64,000 nucleotides of DNA from Candidatus Bathyarchaeota archaeon (GTDB lineage Archaea; Thermoproteota; Bathyarchaeia; Bathyarchaeales; Bathycorpusculaceae): the NCBI GenBank assembly GCA_963717465.1, contig OY970340.1, forward strand, positions 320,001 to 384,000, read 5' to 3'. Of the stretch, positions 1 to 12,511 are shown piece by piece; position 1 is the first letter of the stretch; the number at the start of each line of letters is the position of its first letter. The position numbers were made by a program, and so were the translations under genes. Below the pieces are notes generated by a model. It had not been told where the DNA came from and made no database searches. It was given only the letters and a program-made list of their open reading frames with translations.

Positions 1-1
1 G

Positions 2-1069
2 GACATCACCACCGGCTGCAACTTTTCATGTTCATTTTGCCTTAGCAGTAGCGGACAGCGATCAAGAAATGAACTTAACAGTTCACAAGCAATTGAAGTA
101 ATAAACAGGCTGTATGACGCGGGGATTTTGTTTCTTCGAATACTCGGTGGTGAACCTTTTTTCCGCAAGGATATAATGGATATAATTAATTATGCGACGA
201 AAAAGGGGATGCTAATTTCTTTTAGCACCAACGGTTCATTGATAACAAAACAAGTTGCCAAGAACCTTAAAGCGGTTGAAAACAACATCAATTACTTTCA
301 GGTTAGTCTGTACGGTGCAGATTCGCCCTCGTACGAAAAAGTTACGAAAAACCCTCAGGGTTTCAAACTCGTAACGAAAGGGATTCAAAACTTAATTGAA
401 ATCGGTATGAAACCAAGCATTTTTTGGGTGTTAACTAAAGACAATATAGATCAAGTTGAGAAGGCATACGAACTTGTGTCGAAATTAGGCCTTTCTGAAC
501 TTAGACTCTCATCTAAGCTTAATTTGGGAAGAGGCAAAACTGATTGTGAATCCGATCCTACAGAATCGATAGAAGCTTGGCGGAAAACCTTGATTATCCT
601 AAAACAATTAGATAACATGACAAAGTTAGCTGGATCGCCAAGAGTTGTTTTACATGAAAGACCCCTGCTTGGCGAATACCTATATCATTTAACGGGTTTA
701 CCATACTTTTTTGTAACTTGTAAAGCTGCAACAACGATGATTTATGTCAATTCAGAGGGATATTGCAGTCCATGTCCCTTCTCAACTAATATGCCCAGTA
801 TGTATGATCCATTAGGACTAAGCAAAGCGCCTACTTGTTTGAATATTCTTGAAAATAGTTTTAGTGAAATTTGGAATTCAGACATTTTTATGACTTACCG
901 CAAACTCCAAGATCCAAATTTTAATCCGAAGGAAATATTCGTCAAGTGTCCTCATTTTAAAAGTGGGTTCTGCGATCCATGTGTATTTACACCCTGCACA
1001 TGTAGATTTTCAATGGAATTGATCGCAAAAGCCTTCAAAGCAAACCAAACAAACAAAATTATCATTTGA
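2..1069 (+). CDS. Radical SAM/SPASM-domain protein (5' end outside window)
   Basis: Frame is open from position 2: DITTGCNFSCSFC (CxxxCxxC), GGEPF, STNG, and a Cys-rich SPASM-like C-terminus. Confidence 0.9.
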   Translation, partial: DITTGCNFSCSFCLSSSGQRSRNELNSSQAIEVINRLYDAGILFLRILGGEPFFRKDIMDIINYATKKGMLISFSTNGSLITKQVAKNLKAVENNINYFQVSLYGADSPSYEKVTKNPQGFKLVTKGIQNLIEIGMKPSIFWVLTKDNIDQVEKAYELVSKLGLSELRLSSKLNLGRGKTDCESDPTESIEAWRKTLIILKQLDNMTKLAGSPRVVLHERPLLGEYLYHLTGLPYFFVTCKAATTMIYVNSEGYCSPCPFSTNMPSMYDPLGLSKAPTCLNILENSFSEIWNSDIFMTYRKLQDPNFNPKEIFVKCPHFKSGFCDPCVFTPCTCRFSMELIAKAFKANQTNKIII

Positions 1070-1257
1070 GCATATGATTTACCTCAATAAACGTTTAGAT
1101 AAGACGCCAACCCCATGCTAACCAACTTGAACGATTAACTTAAAAATTCTTCTTTCAAGGGCGGCCGCATAAGCACTTGTTGTGATTTGAATAAGCTTTT
1201 ATACGAATTTGCTGAGATGATAAAAAAAGCGTGCATCCGAGTGAGGATAAAGACTAA

Positions 1258-4200
1258 ATGCCGTACATTAAAAAAATTGAGTTAAAAGGCTTTAAGTCTT
1301 TTGGACCGCAAACCGTTAAAGTAGTACTGGATAAAGGCTTCACTGCTATAACAGGTCCAAACGGAAGCGGAAAAACCAACATTATGGATGCAGTATTATT
1401 CTCATTAGGTGAATTAAGCACAAGAAGACTTCGCGCTGAAAACGCTTCCAACCTGATTTTTCACGGTTCAGAAAAAGCCGGGCAAGAAAAAGCAAAGATG
1501 GCAAAAGTCGTCATTCAATTTGACAACACTGACGGCACAATGGCGGTCGACACTACGACGGTTACTATTTCTCGGGAAGTTTACAGGAATGGCCAAAGCG
1601 TTTACAGGCTTAACGGCAGAAGAATGTCACGCACTAACATTATAGATACGCTCTCCATGGCTGCAATAAGCAGCGTTAGCCAAAACATTATTCCCCAAGG
1701 CACAATTACACGGTTAACAGACATTAACCCGATTGAGCGAAGAAAAATAATCGAAGACCTAATTGGAATCGCACAGTACGATGCGGAAAAAGCTGAAGCT
1801 GAAGATAAACTTCGAACGGCAGACATTTCAATTCGAACAGCCATGGGCAGAATCGACGAAGTTCAAAAACGCCTTGACGACTTAGAACGAGAACGCAACC
1901 AACTCTTACGTTACAATTTTATTCAAAACGAAATCAAAAAATTTGAGGCAATAAAAATCTCGCATGAAGTTAGACAGCTAAACAAAAAAATTGAAGAAAC
2001 AAATGGTCAAACTGAAAAAATCATCGCTAAAGTTGACCGCTTAAAGGGACTCCGTGACATGAGAAGGTTAAAACGCCGTGAAATTGAAGGCGAATGGAGA
2101 AAACTAAGCGGAGAAACCCTTGAAGAAGGCGGCTCACAGGTTCTTAAGGTACAAATAAAAATTGGCGAATTAAAATCTAAACTCACCGAGTTATCTTCAA
2201 AAATCAGTTCTGGGCAAGCAAGCCTTGAAAGTCTAAAGCGGGTAAAAGAAAACAATCAGGAACAACACGAAACAATTCAAAAAGAAATCAAAGATAACCG
2301 ATTAAAAATTCGCGTTCATCGAGCTGCTTATGAAAAAATTCAAAGCCAGATAAACCTGAAAAAGACTGAGCATGATAGTCTTGCTCAAGAAACAGCTCAG
2401 CTTTGGGAAGGCTTAGGAGATAACAGCCAGAAAATACGCGGATTGGAGATGCAAGTTGAAACTCACATGCGAAGGTTGGCTTACTTGCGCTCTGAATACA
2501 CAAAAGATAAGGCGGCCCTTCGAATCAGTTCAGGTCGACTAAAGAATTTGAATGTCCGCAAAGAAAAGTTCGTTGCAAGTCTAAAGGAAATTGAGACAAG
2601 CCTAAATGAATTAGAAAAAGTTCAAAAAGACCAAAAAGACCAGCTTAAAAACCTGGAAACTATCATTGACCGTAAATTGATCTCAGAAGGAAACTGTTGG
2701 AAAAGAAATTTCAGAAGCAGAAAGAATAGCTGGTTCAGCTAAGGATGCAGTAATAGAATTTGCTACACAACGTGAGCTTGCAGCAACAATAGCAGCTGAA
2801 GAAAAAGCCTTAAGAAGCATTGAAGAAATGGGCGACGCTGGAGCACTTAATGGAATTCACGGAAGACTTCGCAATTTAGTTAAAATTGACAAGAATTACA
2901 AGAAAGCTATAGATGCAGCAGCGATAGGATGGCTTGACGCTTTAGTCGTAAAAGATATTGACTCAGCGTTCATGTGCGCTGAAACGCTTAAAAAAATGAA
3001 GCTGGGACGAATAAAAATCATCCCTTTACAGGGAGCCATTAATCCGAAAAAGAAAGATACCCCTCATAGAGAAGGGGTAGTTGGTGCGCTCTCGCAATTT
3101 TTAAATTACGAGACAACGTTTGAGAGTGCCGTAAATTACGTTTTCGGAGATACCATGGTCGTTTCTAATGATCAGACAGGCTTTGATCTTTCAAATGAGG
3201 GATACCGTGCAGTCACGGTTAACGGTGACTTGTATGAGCCAGGAGCCTTTGAAAGCGGTTATTACCGAGCACCTATTGACTTCTCAACAATTATTCCAAG
3301 TGAAACCGCTATTAAAAGTCTAGATGAAGCAGTTAAAGCGCTTCAACAGCATCTTACTCAACGAGGAACAGACATAACGGGCATCGAAGAAGAAATTGAC
3401 CGTAACAAAATTGAAATGACACGACTGCTGGAATCCATTAACACTTTGGATAGGGAAATAATTAGAATTAAACGAAGCGTTAAACGAACTCAATTCAACA
3501 TTAGACACGTGGATAAGTATGGCGGAAAACTTGAACGGGAAAACGCAGCTTACAAAGGCCGCATGAGCATGTACGTATCTGAGCGAAACGCTATTAAACG
3601 GTTGCTACAGAAAGCTTCACTCAGACATAGCTACCTTAAGATTAAAAACAGATATGGGTCATATTCAAGAACTTGAAGTTCAACGAGAAAAACTTGCAGA
3701 AGAATTAAACACTTTACGCCAAAACTTGGGCTCCGCGCAAACGGAAATTTCAACATGCCAATCACAATTTGACAATGTTCTAAGAACAGGTTATCAAAAC
3801 GTTAAGATTCAAATATCAAAGATTGAACAGCAACAGAAACGTTTGGATAAAGAAGTTGCTGATGCACTTCAAGAACGTGAATCACTTAAGCAGGAAATAA
3901 ATGAACTGGAAAAAAGTCGCGTTGAAATTTCAAAAGCAGTTTTCTCAGCACGCGAAGAATCAAGAAAGTTCACTTCTCAAATAGACACAATCGATACTGA
4001 ATTAAGATTGCTTGATGCAGAGTATGAACAGTCGGAAATGCTTCTAAATCAGCTCCAACTCAGCGTGCAAACTTATAACTTGACGACTGCAACAGCATCA
4101 AAGCCAACTAAAGCAGTATCGGTTACGAGCAGCCTTTAGAAGCGACGGATAAGCAGGTAGAAGAGGCAGAGACTAGCATTCAAATGATGCAGTTTGAACT

Positions 4201-4814
4201 TGAAAGAATAGGAGCAATAAATCAGCTTGCACTTTCTCATTATGCAGATCAAATTTCAAGGTATAGAGAATTATCGATGCGTCTAAACGAGTTAGAAAGG
4301 GAAAAGCAAGCAATCGTTCAATTCATGGATGAAGTTGAAGCGAAAAAACGCAAAGTCTTCATGACTGCATTCGAAAAAATCAATGCCTAGATTAAAAGTT
4401 TATTTCTCAAAACTCACTGGTGGAGGAGATACCGAGCTAAAGCTGGAAAACCCCGATGAACCCTTCGCTGGAGGAATAGACATGTTAGTGCAGTTCCCAA
4501 ATAAACCATCTATCGTTGTTAGTGGAGCAAGCGGTGGCGAGCGTTCAGTTTCAGCAGTCAGCTTCATATTCTCACTAAAAGAGTTAACTCCAGCATCATT
4601 CTACATTCTTGATGAAGTTGACGCCCACCTAGACGCTTTCCACACAACAAAGCTTGCTGATTTACTTTTGGAGGAAGCGGGGAAAACTCAATTTATCGTG
4701 ATTACTTTAAGACCTGAAATGGTCAATAAAGCCCAAAAAGTTTATGGAGTCTATGAGAGAAATGGCGTTTCAAACGTTGTCACTGCTAAATTTCCGGGGC
4801 AGCTGCTTAAATGA
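1258..4814 (+). CDS. smc: Chromosome segregation ATPase SMC, split by about 4 frameshifts (probable sequencing indels)
   Basis: GFKSF, Walker A GPNGSGKTN, coiled coils, hinge (GIHGRLRNL..GRIKIIPL), SGGERS signature, ILDEVDAHLD; fragments 1258-2742, 2828-3676, 3654-4139, 4184-4390, 4383-4814. Confidence 0.95.
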
Positions 4815-5515
4815 CGCAAACGCCAACTCGCAGACCCTTCTATTTACGTCCACCATGGAATATTCTGTTCGAGTTAAGTAAACTGGAGAAGCTTACTCCA
4901 TGGAACATTAACATTGCTTACTTGCTCGGATCGTTTCTTACCGAAATGGAGCGTGATGGAAAAGTGGATTTCAGGGCTTCTGGTGTTGCATTGGATTCTT
5001 CAGCGTTAATATATTTAATGAAGTCAAAGCTTTTGCTTACTTTGCAGGAGCCACCTGTAGAGCCTAAACCAGTGGGAGATTTTGTTCCGCCACCCTTATT
5101 TTTACCCTTAAGACACGAGTTAACATCAACAACTATTCATCATTTACTTGAAGTCTTAGACGACGTGCTTAAAGGAGAAAAACTGCTTCACCTTGACAGA
5201 ACAATTGTTCAGCAGCCTGTTCTGCCAGCAGTTTCAGATTTGATGCCACAATTTGACGAGTTCATCGCAGAACTTGAACTGCAAATGGATAAATTGTATG
5301 CACAATTAGTTGAGAAAGTCAAGGGTTCAGGAATAATAGATTTTTCCACATTAACAAAGGGTGCAACTCGAATAGAAGCAATTCGTATATTCATTTACCT
5401 GTTATTTTTAGCTCAGGATGGCTTAGTTAGTTTGTGGCAAAATGAAGAAACAGAAGAATTATACATAGCAGTGGGTAGCCTAAATGTTGGAAAAGTCGGA
5501 AAACCAAGCAGTTAA
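4811..5515 (+). CDS. scpA: Segregation/condensation protein A (kleisin)
   Basis: PWNINIAYL, DFRASGVALDSSALIYLMKS, FIYLLFLAQDG; directly follows smc. Confidence 0.88.
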   Translation: MTQTPTRRPFYLRPPWNILFELSKLEKLTPWNINIAYLLGSFLTEMERDGKVDFRASGVALDSSALIYLMKSKLLLTLQEPPVEPKPVGDFVPPPLFLPLRHELTSTTIHHLLEVLDDVLKGEKLLHLDRTIVQQPVLPAVSDLMPQFDEFIAELELQMDKLYAQLVEKVKGSGIIDFSTLTKGATRIEAIRIFIYLLFLAQDGLVSLWQNEETEELYIAVGSLNVGKVGKPSS

Positions 5516-6089
5516 AAGAAGAAGACGTTGAACAAGCTATAGATAATGATGAAAAGGTAAGGCAGTGCCTTTCATTAATTGAAGCTGCACTGTACGTTTC
5601 AGGAAGACCATTAGATCTAAATGAGCTCTGCCAAGTTATAGGCAGCCGATCAAAAAAGAAAGCAAAGAAATACGCAGACATTCTTATGCAGAAGTATTCC
5701 GCCCGCAATACTGCACTAGAAATTTTAGCGTTAAAGGACGAACGCTACGTTCTGCAAGTCAAAGCTGATTACACGCCGTTAGTTAAGAAACTTGTTAACA
5801 GACCACTGCTTTCTTCAGGTCCACTAAAAACTTTGTCCTACATCGCGTACAGGCAACCGATTTCGCAGAAACGCGTGATTGATGTACGGGGCAGCATGCT
5901 TATGGACACATAAAGATGCTTAAAGACATGAATTTGATTAATTCTGAGAAAAGCGGTCGCTCCATGGCTTTGAAAACTACAGATTACTTCGCTGATTACT
6001 TCGGGCTATCTCATGATACTGGAGTGATGAAGAAAGAGTTGAAACGTATTTTCGGTGAAGCAATAAAAGAAGAGGAACAACCATCCTAA
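5484..6089 (+). CDS. scpB: SMC-Scp complex subunit ScpB (two frameshifts)
   Basis: LIEAALYVSGRPL, LKTLSYIAYRQPI, TTDYFADYFGL read across frames; indels near 5513 and 5890. Confidence 0.88.
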
Positions 6090-6353
6090 TGTGTTGTGAA
6101 ATTTTCTGATTTTCATATTATGCTTATAATAATTTTAACATGAATTTATTGGATAAACTTGCATTTTTCGAAATTAAATTTTAAATCCAGTTTATTTAAA
6201 CCATGTTTAGTTATTGTTTCCTATTAATTGGAATCTAAAAACTTTTAACATATTATTAGAATTCTAAAAAAACATATTTCAAATCATTCTAATTAAAAAC
6301 TGTATCTGAAATTCATAAGCTTATTTACATAATAAAATGTTCTTTCAATAAAT

Positions 6354-7790
6354 ATGAGGTCATTATATATGTCTATTGATACACAAAATAATCAAGCTCA
6401 AATCGAACAACTTGAAGCAGAAAACAAACAGCTCCTGGATGATTTTATCAACTTCATAAAGGAAGCTATTGATGGAGCCAAAGAAATCTCAGTGATGAGC
6501 GACGAAACGCTGAAACTGAGCAAAGAAACAATAACATTGGCTTTTAGCGTTGAAGGAAACGCCAATAAAGTCGCCGATACTGCAAGCAAAGCAGCCTCAA
6601 GCGCTCAACAGAGTGTTGATGCTGCTTTATCGTTGGTCAATGAGGCTGAGAATTCTATGGCAGCGGCTGTAAATGTAGTGGAATTTGGAAATAAAGTTTC
6701 AAGCCTATCTAATGATTTGGTAGCTGGTATGCAGCAAATAGCCTCTGCCTCAAAAGAAGTAGCTAAGGGCGCACAAAAACTCTCCGAACTGTCCCAAAGG
6801 GCTGCATCGAGCACTGAATCATTAAATAAAGTTATGGATGAAGCGGGTACAATAGCTAAGGAAACTTCAGTCATAACCGGCGATGCTGTAAAAAGATCAA
6901 AGGATGCAAACGACCAAGGTCAAAAGGGTCTTTTAGCGATTGAGAATATTAAAAGTAACATTACAAGAGTTTCTGAAGCTGTAACATCAATGGTTAACGC
7001 TGTTGAGCAGGTTGGGCAGATGGCTAATTCCGTCTCAGATATAGCTGGCCAAACAAACATGCTGGCGTTAAATGCTGCGATAGAAGCGGCTAGAGCGGGA
7101 GAAGCAGGAAGAGGCTTTGCAGTAGTTGCTGATGCCGTTAAAGGCTTAGCCGGGCAATCAAAAGTAGCGGCAGGATCAGCCATCAACCTAGTAAAAGGCA
7201 TCAAAGAAGCAGGCATTCAGACTAATTCCATAACCCAGCAATCACAGACAGGCGCAGCCGAGGGAGCAAAAGTCGTTTTAGGTTCTATAAAAGAGTTAGA
7301 TGGAATAGCTGAAATAATGAATGAAATAGCAAGCAAAGTAAGCCTTTTAACGACGGGCGTTGAACGAGGACTCGCCGCATTGGGATCAGTGGTTAGCGTA
7401 ATTAATGAGGTTGCATCCATTGCAGAGGAAAGCTCATCAGCCTCAGAGGAGACTTCTTCAGCAATTGAGCAACAAGCCTCTGCTTCACAAGAAATCACTG
7501 ATATCGCTGGTTATGTTTCTGCCTCTGCTGATTACGTATCTCAATCAGCCAAAGAAGCAAAAAAAGACGCACCAATCATTGCAAAGGCTTTAGATGAAGT
7601 GGCTGCTGGCGTTAATACAGTACAAATAACTGCAAAAGAAGTAGCATCTACCTCGCAAAGCGTTTCAAAAACAATGGAAGAAATTGGAAAAATAAACGAG
7701 AAAGAAAAACAAGCGCTAAATAGGCTAATTGACAAGCGCAGACTAATGCTTGACGAATTAACAAAGAAAAAAGCAAAATATTCAAACTAG
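6354..7790 (+). CDS. Soluble methyl-accepting chemotaxis-like protein
   Basis: Hairpin-tip motif [30 protein letters not shown]; no hydrophobic TM segment. Confidence 0.9.
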   Translation: MRSLYMSIDTQNNQAQIEQLEAENKQLLDDFINFIKEAIDGAKEISVMSDETLKLSKETITLAFSVEGNANKVADTASKAASSAQQSVDAALSLVNEAENSMAAAVNVVEFGNKVSSLSNDLVAGMQQIASASKEVAKGAQKLSELSQRAASSTESLNKVMDEAGTIAKETSVITGDAVKRSKDANDQGQKGLLAIENIKSNITRVSEAVTSMVNAVEQVGQMANSVSDIAGQTNMLALNAAIEAARAGEAGRGFAVVADAVKGLAGQSKVAAGSAINLVKGIKEAGIQTNSITQQSQTGAAEGAKVVLGSIKELDGIAEIMNEIASKVSLLTTGVERGLAALGSVVSVINEVASIAEESSSASEETSSAIEQQASASQEITDIAGYVSASADYVSQSAKEAKKDAPIIAKALDEVAAGVNTVQITAKEVASTSQSVSKTMEEIGKINEKEKQALNRLIDKRRLMLDELTKKKAKYSN

Positions 7791-8025
7791 AGGAAAAATA
7801 GTGAAATTGATGGCAAAAGAAAAATTTTTTGCTAATCAAGAGCTATTACTTTTTTTGTGTTCTTGAATTAAAGTCATTTTATCTAGTTTTCTTGAACGCT
7901 TAAGGAATTAGTTAATATAATTTCTTAAGCTTTGCCTGATGCCTATGTAAGATGTTGAAAAAAAGGTTTTAGGTTAGTTTCTGTTCCAATTAATTTAAAT
8001 AAATAGGTTTAACCTAGTTTTCTTG

Positions 8026-11001
8026 ATGAGATTCACACGGAAAAAGGAAAAAGAGCGCAAGAATCTCCTTATAAAAGGGAAGAAAAATATCGGGAAATTG
8101 TAAATGATGCGCCTATTGCAATTTTAGAAATTAGTTTTGACGGCTCAGAGCTCAGATACGCGAATTCCATCGTAAGCGAATTACTGCATTATTCAAAAGC
8201 AGAGCTTCTCTCAATAAATCCTTTAGAAGACATATTAGTTGAAGAAAGCAAAAAGGATTTCAAAAAAACCGTTAAAGAAGCACTGGCTGGTAAAAAAAAT
8301 CTTAACGCTGAGCTTAAAGTAAAAACAAAGGATGGAAAAACCTTTTGGGGACTATTTAATGCAAGAGTGATTTTTAAGAATAAGGAGCCTTATTCACTCT
8401 TAGTTTTTGCCCAAAATATAAATGAACTTAAAAAAACAGGAGAAGCTCTGCAATTATCAGAAGAAAAGTTTTCAAAGGCATTCAAATTCAGCCCAAATGC
8501 TGTAACACTAACTCGCCTAAGAGACGGCAAAATAATTGACACTAACGATTCAGCATTAAACATTTTAGGTTTTACTCCTCAGGAAGCAATCGGTCACACT
8601 ACGTTAGAGTTAGGGATTTGGAGTGATCCCAAGGACCGCGTAAGCTTGACTGAGGAGCTTTCCTCAAAGGGATTTGTTCTTGGCAGAGATTTTGTTTTAA
8701 AAAGGAAAGATGGAACTAAAATTACAGTAACCCTGTCGGCGTCGTCTCTTAAGATTCAGAATGAAGATTGCTTCTTGTCTTCATTTTTAGATGTGACTGA
8801 ACAAAAAAGGGCAGAGCAGAGACTTTGGCAAGCGAAGAATGATTGGGAACGTACCTTCGATGCGGTTCCAGATTTAATCATGATAATAGATTGTGAGCAT
8901 AGAATTGTTCGTGCTAACCGTTCAATGATTGGAAAAATAGGTGTTACGCCTCAACAAGTAGCAGGACTACCTTGTTATAATGCAGTTCATGATGCTAATT
9001 TACCTCCAACTTTCTGTCCTCATGCCAAGACAATCTGCGACGGCAAAGAACACGTTGCTGAAGTGCATGAGCCAAAACTCGGCGGCGATTTCGTAGTTAG
9101 CACTACCCCGCTCAAAGATGAAAATGGACGATTGATTGGTTCAGTACATGTAGCCCGAGACATCACTAAACGCAAAAAAATTGAAGAAGAACTTAAGAGC
9201 AGTGAAACTCGTTTTCGCTCGTTATATGAAAATAGTCTTGATGCTGTCATGCTGACTATTCCTAATGGCGCCATTCTCAGTGCTAATCCTGCGGCACAGC
9301 ACATGCTGGGCATGACTGAGGATGAAATTAAGAAGGCTGGTCGAAACGGCATTCTCGTTATGGACGACCGGGCGGCTGAGACTATTAAGGAGCGCGCAAA
9401 GGTTGGAAGAGCACAAGCGGAATTGACCTTGAGAAGGAAAGGTGGCTCCAAGTTTGAAGCAGAAGTGTCTTCAGGCTTGTTTACCGATGGTGATGGCGTA
9501 ACAAAAACAAGTATGATAATGAGAGACATAACTGAACGCAAAAAGGCGGAGGAAGTGATTAGGGAAAGAGAGCAGTTGTATAGAACTTTATTTGACAACA
9601 GCGATGATGGTTTTATCCTACTTGAGCCGTTTTACGACCAAAATGGTAAAGCATGTGATTTTAGGTTTTTGAAAGTTAACCCTGCATTTGAGCGTCAAAC
9701 TGGCTTAAGAGCTGAAGATGTCGAAGGCAAAAATGTAGGAAAAGCTGTGAGTGGTCTTGAGCTAGAGTTTTCTTCAATTGTTAAAAAAGTTGTTGAGACA
9801 GGTGAAGCTGCACGTTATGAAAGCTTTAATCAAGATAGGAGCAGGTTGTACGAGGGGCATTATTTCCCTTTTATAAGAGGAAGAGTTGGCGTTCTTTTCA
9901 GGGATATAACTGAGCGTAAGAAAGCTGAAGACAGCGCTAAAGCAAAGCGAGAAAAAATATCATCAGCTTTTTAATTCTATGACTGAAATGTTTATTGTTG
10001 CAGATTTGGTGCGCGATAAAAATGGGTTAGCAATCGACTTCGTTTATGTTGACGCTAACCTGGCATTTCTAAAAAACATCAAGAAAATAAGGAATGATGT
10101 TATAGGCAAAAGATTAGGAGAACTTTTTGAAATCAGCGGAGATTTTCGATTGGAGTTACTTAACAGAGTTGAAAAAACTGGGAAGCCGCATCGCTTCTTA
10201 GCTAAAAGCGAAATAGAAAATCGTCAATTTGAAGTTCTTGCCTGGAAAACTAGTAAAAATCAAGTAGGTTGCACGATTGAAGACATTAGTGAACGCAGAT
10301 TACTAGAAAAGCAGTTGCAAGATAAAGAACGCATGGCAGCTATTGGTGAAACTGCTGGAATGGTTGGACACGACTTACGTAATCCTTTGCAAACTATCGT
10401 CGGTGAGTTATATCTTGCAAAATCAGAATTAGATGAAATTCCTCAAGAAAATAGGAGAGAAATATTACAGGAGAGCATTGAAAGCATAGATACACAAGTC
10501 ACGTACATGGACAAAATAGTGAGCGACTTGCAAACCTTCGTTAAACCAGTGCAGACAAACAAGCAAAAAGTAAACTTAAATGAACTAATCGCATCAACTT
10601 TAACGCAGACCAGCATCCCTGAGAACATTCAAGCAACGACCAAACTCAAAGATAAACTAACTATCGATTCAGACCCTCAACTGCTAAGAAGAGTCTTAAT
10701 AAATCTCATCACAAACTCGATTCAAGCCATGCCAAAGGGTGGAGAATTAATAATAAATGCAAACGCTAGCAGTAAACGTCGAATGAAAATTGAAGTTGAG
10801 GACACCGGAGAAGGAATCCCTGAAGAGATCAAACCTAAAATTTTCACTCCATTGTTTACAACTAAATCAAGAGGCCAAGGTTTCGGTTTATCAGTGTGCA
10901 AAAGAGTGATTGAAGCTCAAGGAGGAACAATAAGTTTTATTAGCGAAGTTGGAAGAGGCACAAAATTCACAATAACATTACCATTAAAATCGTCTGGATA
11001 A
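8026..11001 (+). CDS. Multi-PAS sensor histidine kinase (frameshifts near 8075 and 9945)
   Basis: Repeated PAS/PAC units ending DITERKKAE; H-box VGHDLRNPL; HATPase N/G boxes; frame open upstream of the tracked ORF 8367, so the start is approximate. Confidence 0.88.
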
Positions 11002-11170
11002 AATCTGGATAAAAAACATGAGACTAAGTCTTTGATTTTGCCCTCAAAAGCTTAACCAAGAGGAATACTTCCTCGCAAAGTCGCTTAAGAAAATTACGTG
11101 GTCTTACTGAGCATATGCCGAAAAAAATTATTCTGGATTAAATTTAATCCAACCTTACCAAAATTATGGT

Positions 11171-11368
11171 TTATTCTTTCATTTCTTTGATTTTTTCTTC
11201 TACGGCTGCAAGTTCTTTTTTAAGTTCATTGGCATAATTCTTTAATTTCTCTATTTTTTCAGCCTTTGTAAAGAAGCGTCTTTTGTAACCCCCTTCGCGG
11301 AGAGGGAAGGGACGCCAGCCGCATGAATAGTTATGGTCCATGCCACGATCATAATAATCATCATCCAT
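11171..11368 (-). CDS. Small protein resembling DUF5320 family (Gly/Arg N-terminus plus coiled coil)
   Basis: RRFFTKAEKIEKLKNY..ELKKELAAVEEKIKEM; GAGGTGA ribosome-binding site upstream. Confidence 0.6.
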   Translation of the reverse strand: MDDDYYDRGMDHNYSCGWRPFPLREGGYKRRFFTKAEKIEKLKNYANELKKELAAVEEKIKEMKE

Positions 11369-11576
11369 ATTTTTTCACCTCACAAATTCATCATAAAAGT
11401 GGATATATAAAATGCGGGAGAATCACTCGGAAACTTCGAACTTAACACCGATAATGCACTTCTTAACGCGCAGTTTTAGTTCAGAGGAAAAGAGGAAAAA
11501 GTAGTTACTGTCGGCTTATAGTCACAAACGTAAAAATTCTCAATTGGCTTTCAACTGTAATTCGGAGGTGCAAAGT

Positions 11577-11783
11577 TTGAAATTAAGTGCCAGAAACCAG
11601 TTTAAAGGAAAAGTATTATCCGTTGACAAAGGCATAATAACAGCCAAAGTTAAAGTTGAAGTAAAAACGCCAGTTACCGTTACAGCGGTTATAACAAAAG
11701 AAGCTGTTGAAGACCTAGACGTAAAAGTTGGCGACGAGGTTAATGCAATAATGAAGTCAACCGAAGTCATGATAAGCAAATAA
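11577..11783 (+). CDS. TOBE/Mop molybdate-binding protein
   Basis: KLSARNQFKGKV..AVITKEAVEDL..GDEV.A.MKSTEV; GGAGGTG then TTG at 11577. Confidence 0.9.
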   Translation: MKLSARNQFKGKVLSVDKGIITAKVKVEVKTPVTVTAVITKEAVEDLDVKVGDEVNAIMKSTEVMISK

Positions 11784-12093
11784 CTAACTATTTTTTAGCC
11801 AATATACTTGTTTCAACCCGCGTTATCTCTAATTTAACGATAAAAAGCAAAACAGGCTTCAAATAGCAAGAAAGTTAACAGGCGTTTAAACTCAAAAAAA
11901 TGCTAAAATTCATGTTTTCTACACCCATGACCCAATTCGCGAAGTTTCCCTGAAACTTAAGCCAAACAACATTTTAGAAACCATGAGTTTTAAAGACTTT
12001 TTCTGAATTTCCAATAGTTATATGAGGGATATGTTTATATTGAAATCCATTGATATAACCGTACATTTCTAATTCGAAAAACACGTGGAAACG

Positions 12094-12147
12094 TTAATTC
12101 TGAAACTCTGGACATTTTATTAATAACGAAGGTAAGCTCTTTTGCAT
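12094..12147 (-). pseudogene. Truncated remnant of the zinc-ribbon gene at 17119-17319
   Basis: Reads MQKSLPSLLIKCPEFQN* versus VKEKLPSLLIKCREC in the intact copy, at the same position relative to the repeat. Confidence 0.65.
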
Positions 12148-12174
12148 AAAAGTCACTTCAGTAAATAAAAGTAG

Positions 12175-12376
12175 ATGTTAGTTGAATTGACCTTGTTTTA
12201 GTCCAAGCGAACACAAAAACTAGCAGGAGAGGGGGGACACTGGAACGCATTCCGCTTGGATTAAAAGTCAATTCAACCAACATTTTTTGTAAGCGATATA
12301 CAATATCAATTTAACATTATTTTTTATAAAAATATGTGACTGTCTTTAAACTACTACTTATGCTTGTTAGCTAAAT
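12175..12376. repeat. Composite repeat copy 1: long inverted repeat plus conserved linker
   Basis: Arms 12175-12211 and 12251-12283 pair (about 33 bp, 4-nt bulge, 39-nt loop), followed by AATATGTGACTG..AAACTACTACTTA. Confidence 0.85.
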
Positions 12377-12511
12377 TTGATTGAACTGATATTCTTTCTA
12401 CTCTTCAAATTCTTCACTATTTGGGTTTCTGAAGAGAGAGTAGCATAATAGTAATTGCGGTTGACAAGCGTAACTCGCAAAATAAAAAAGTCAGGGGTGT
12501 TTAAATAATAT

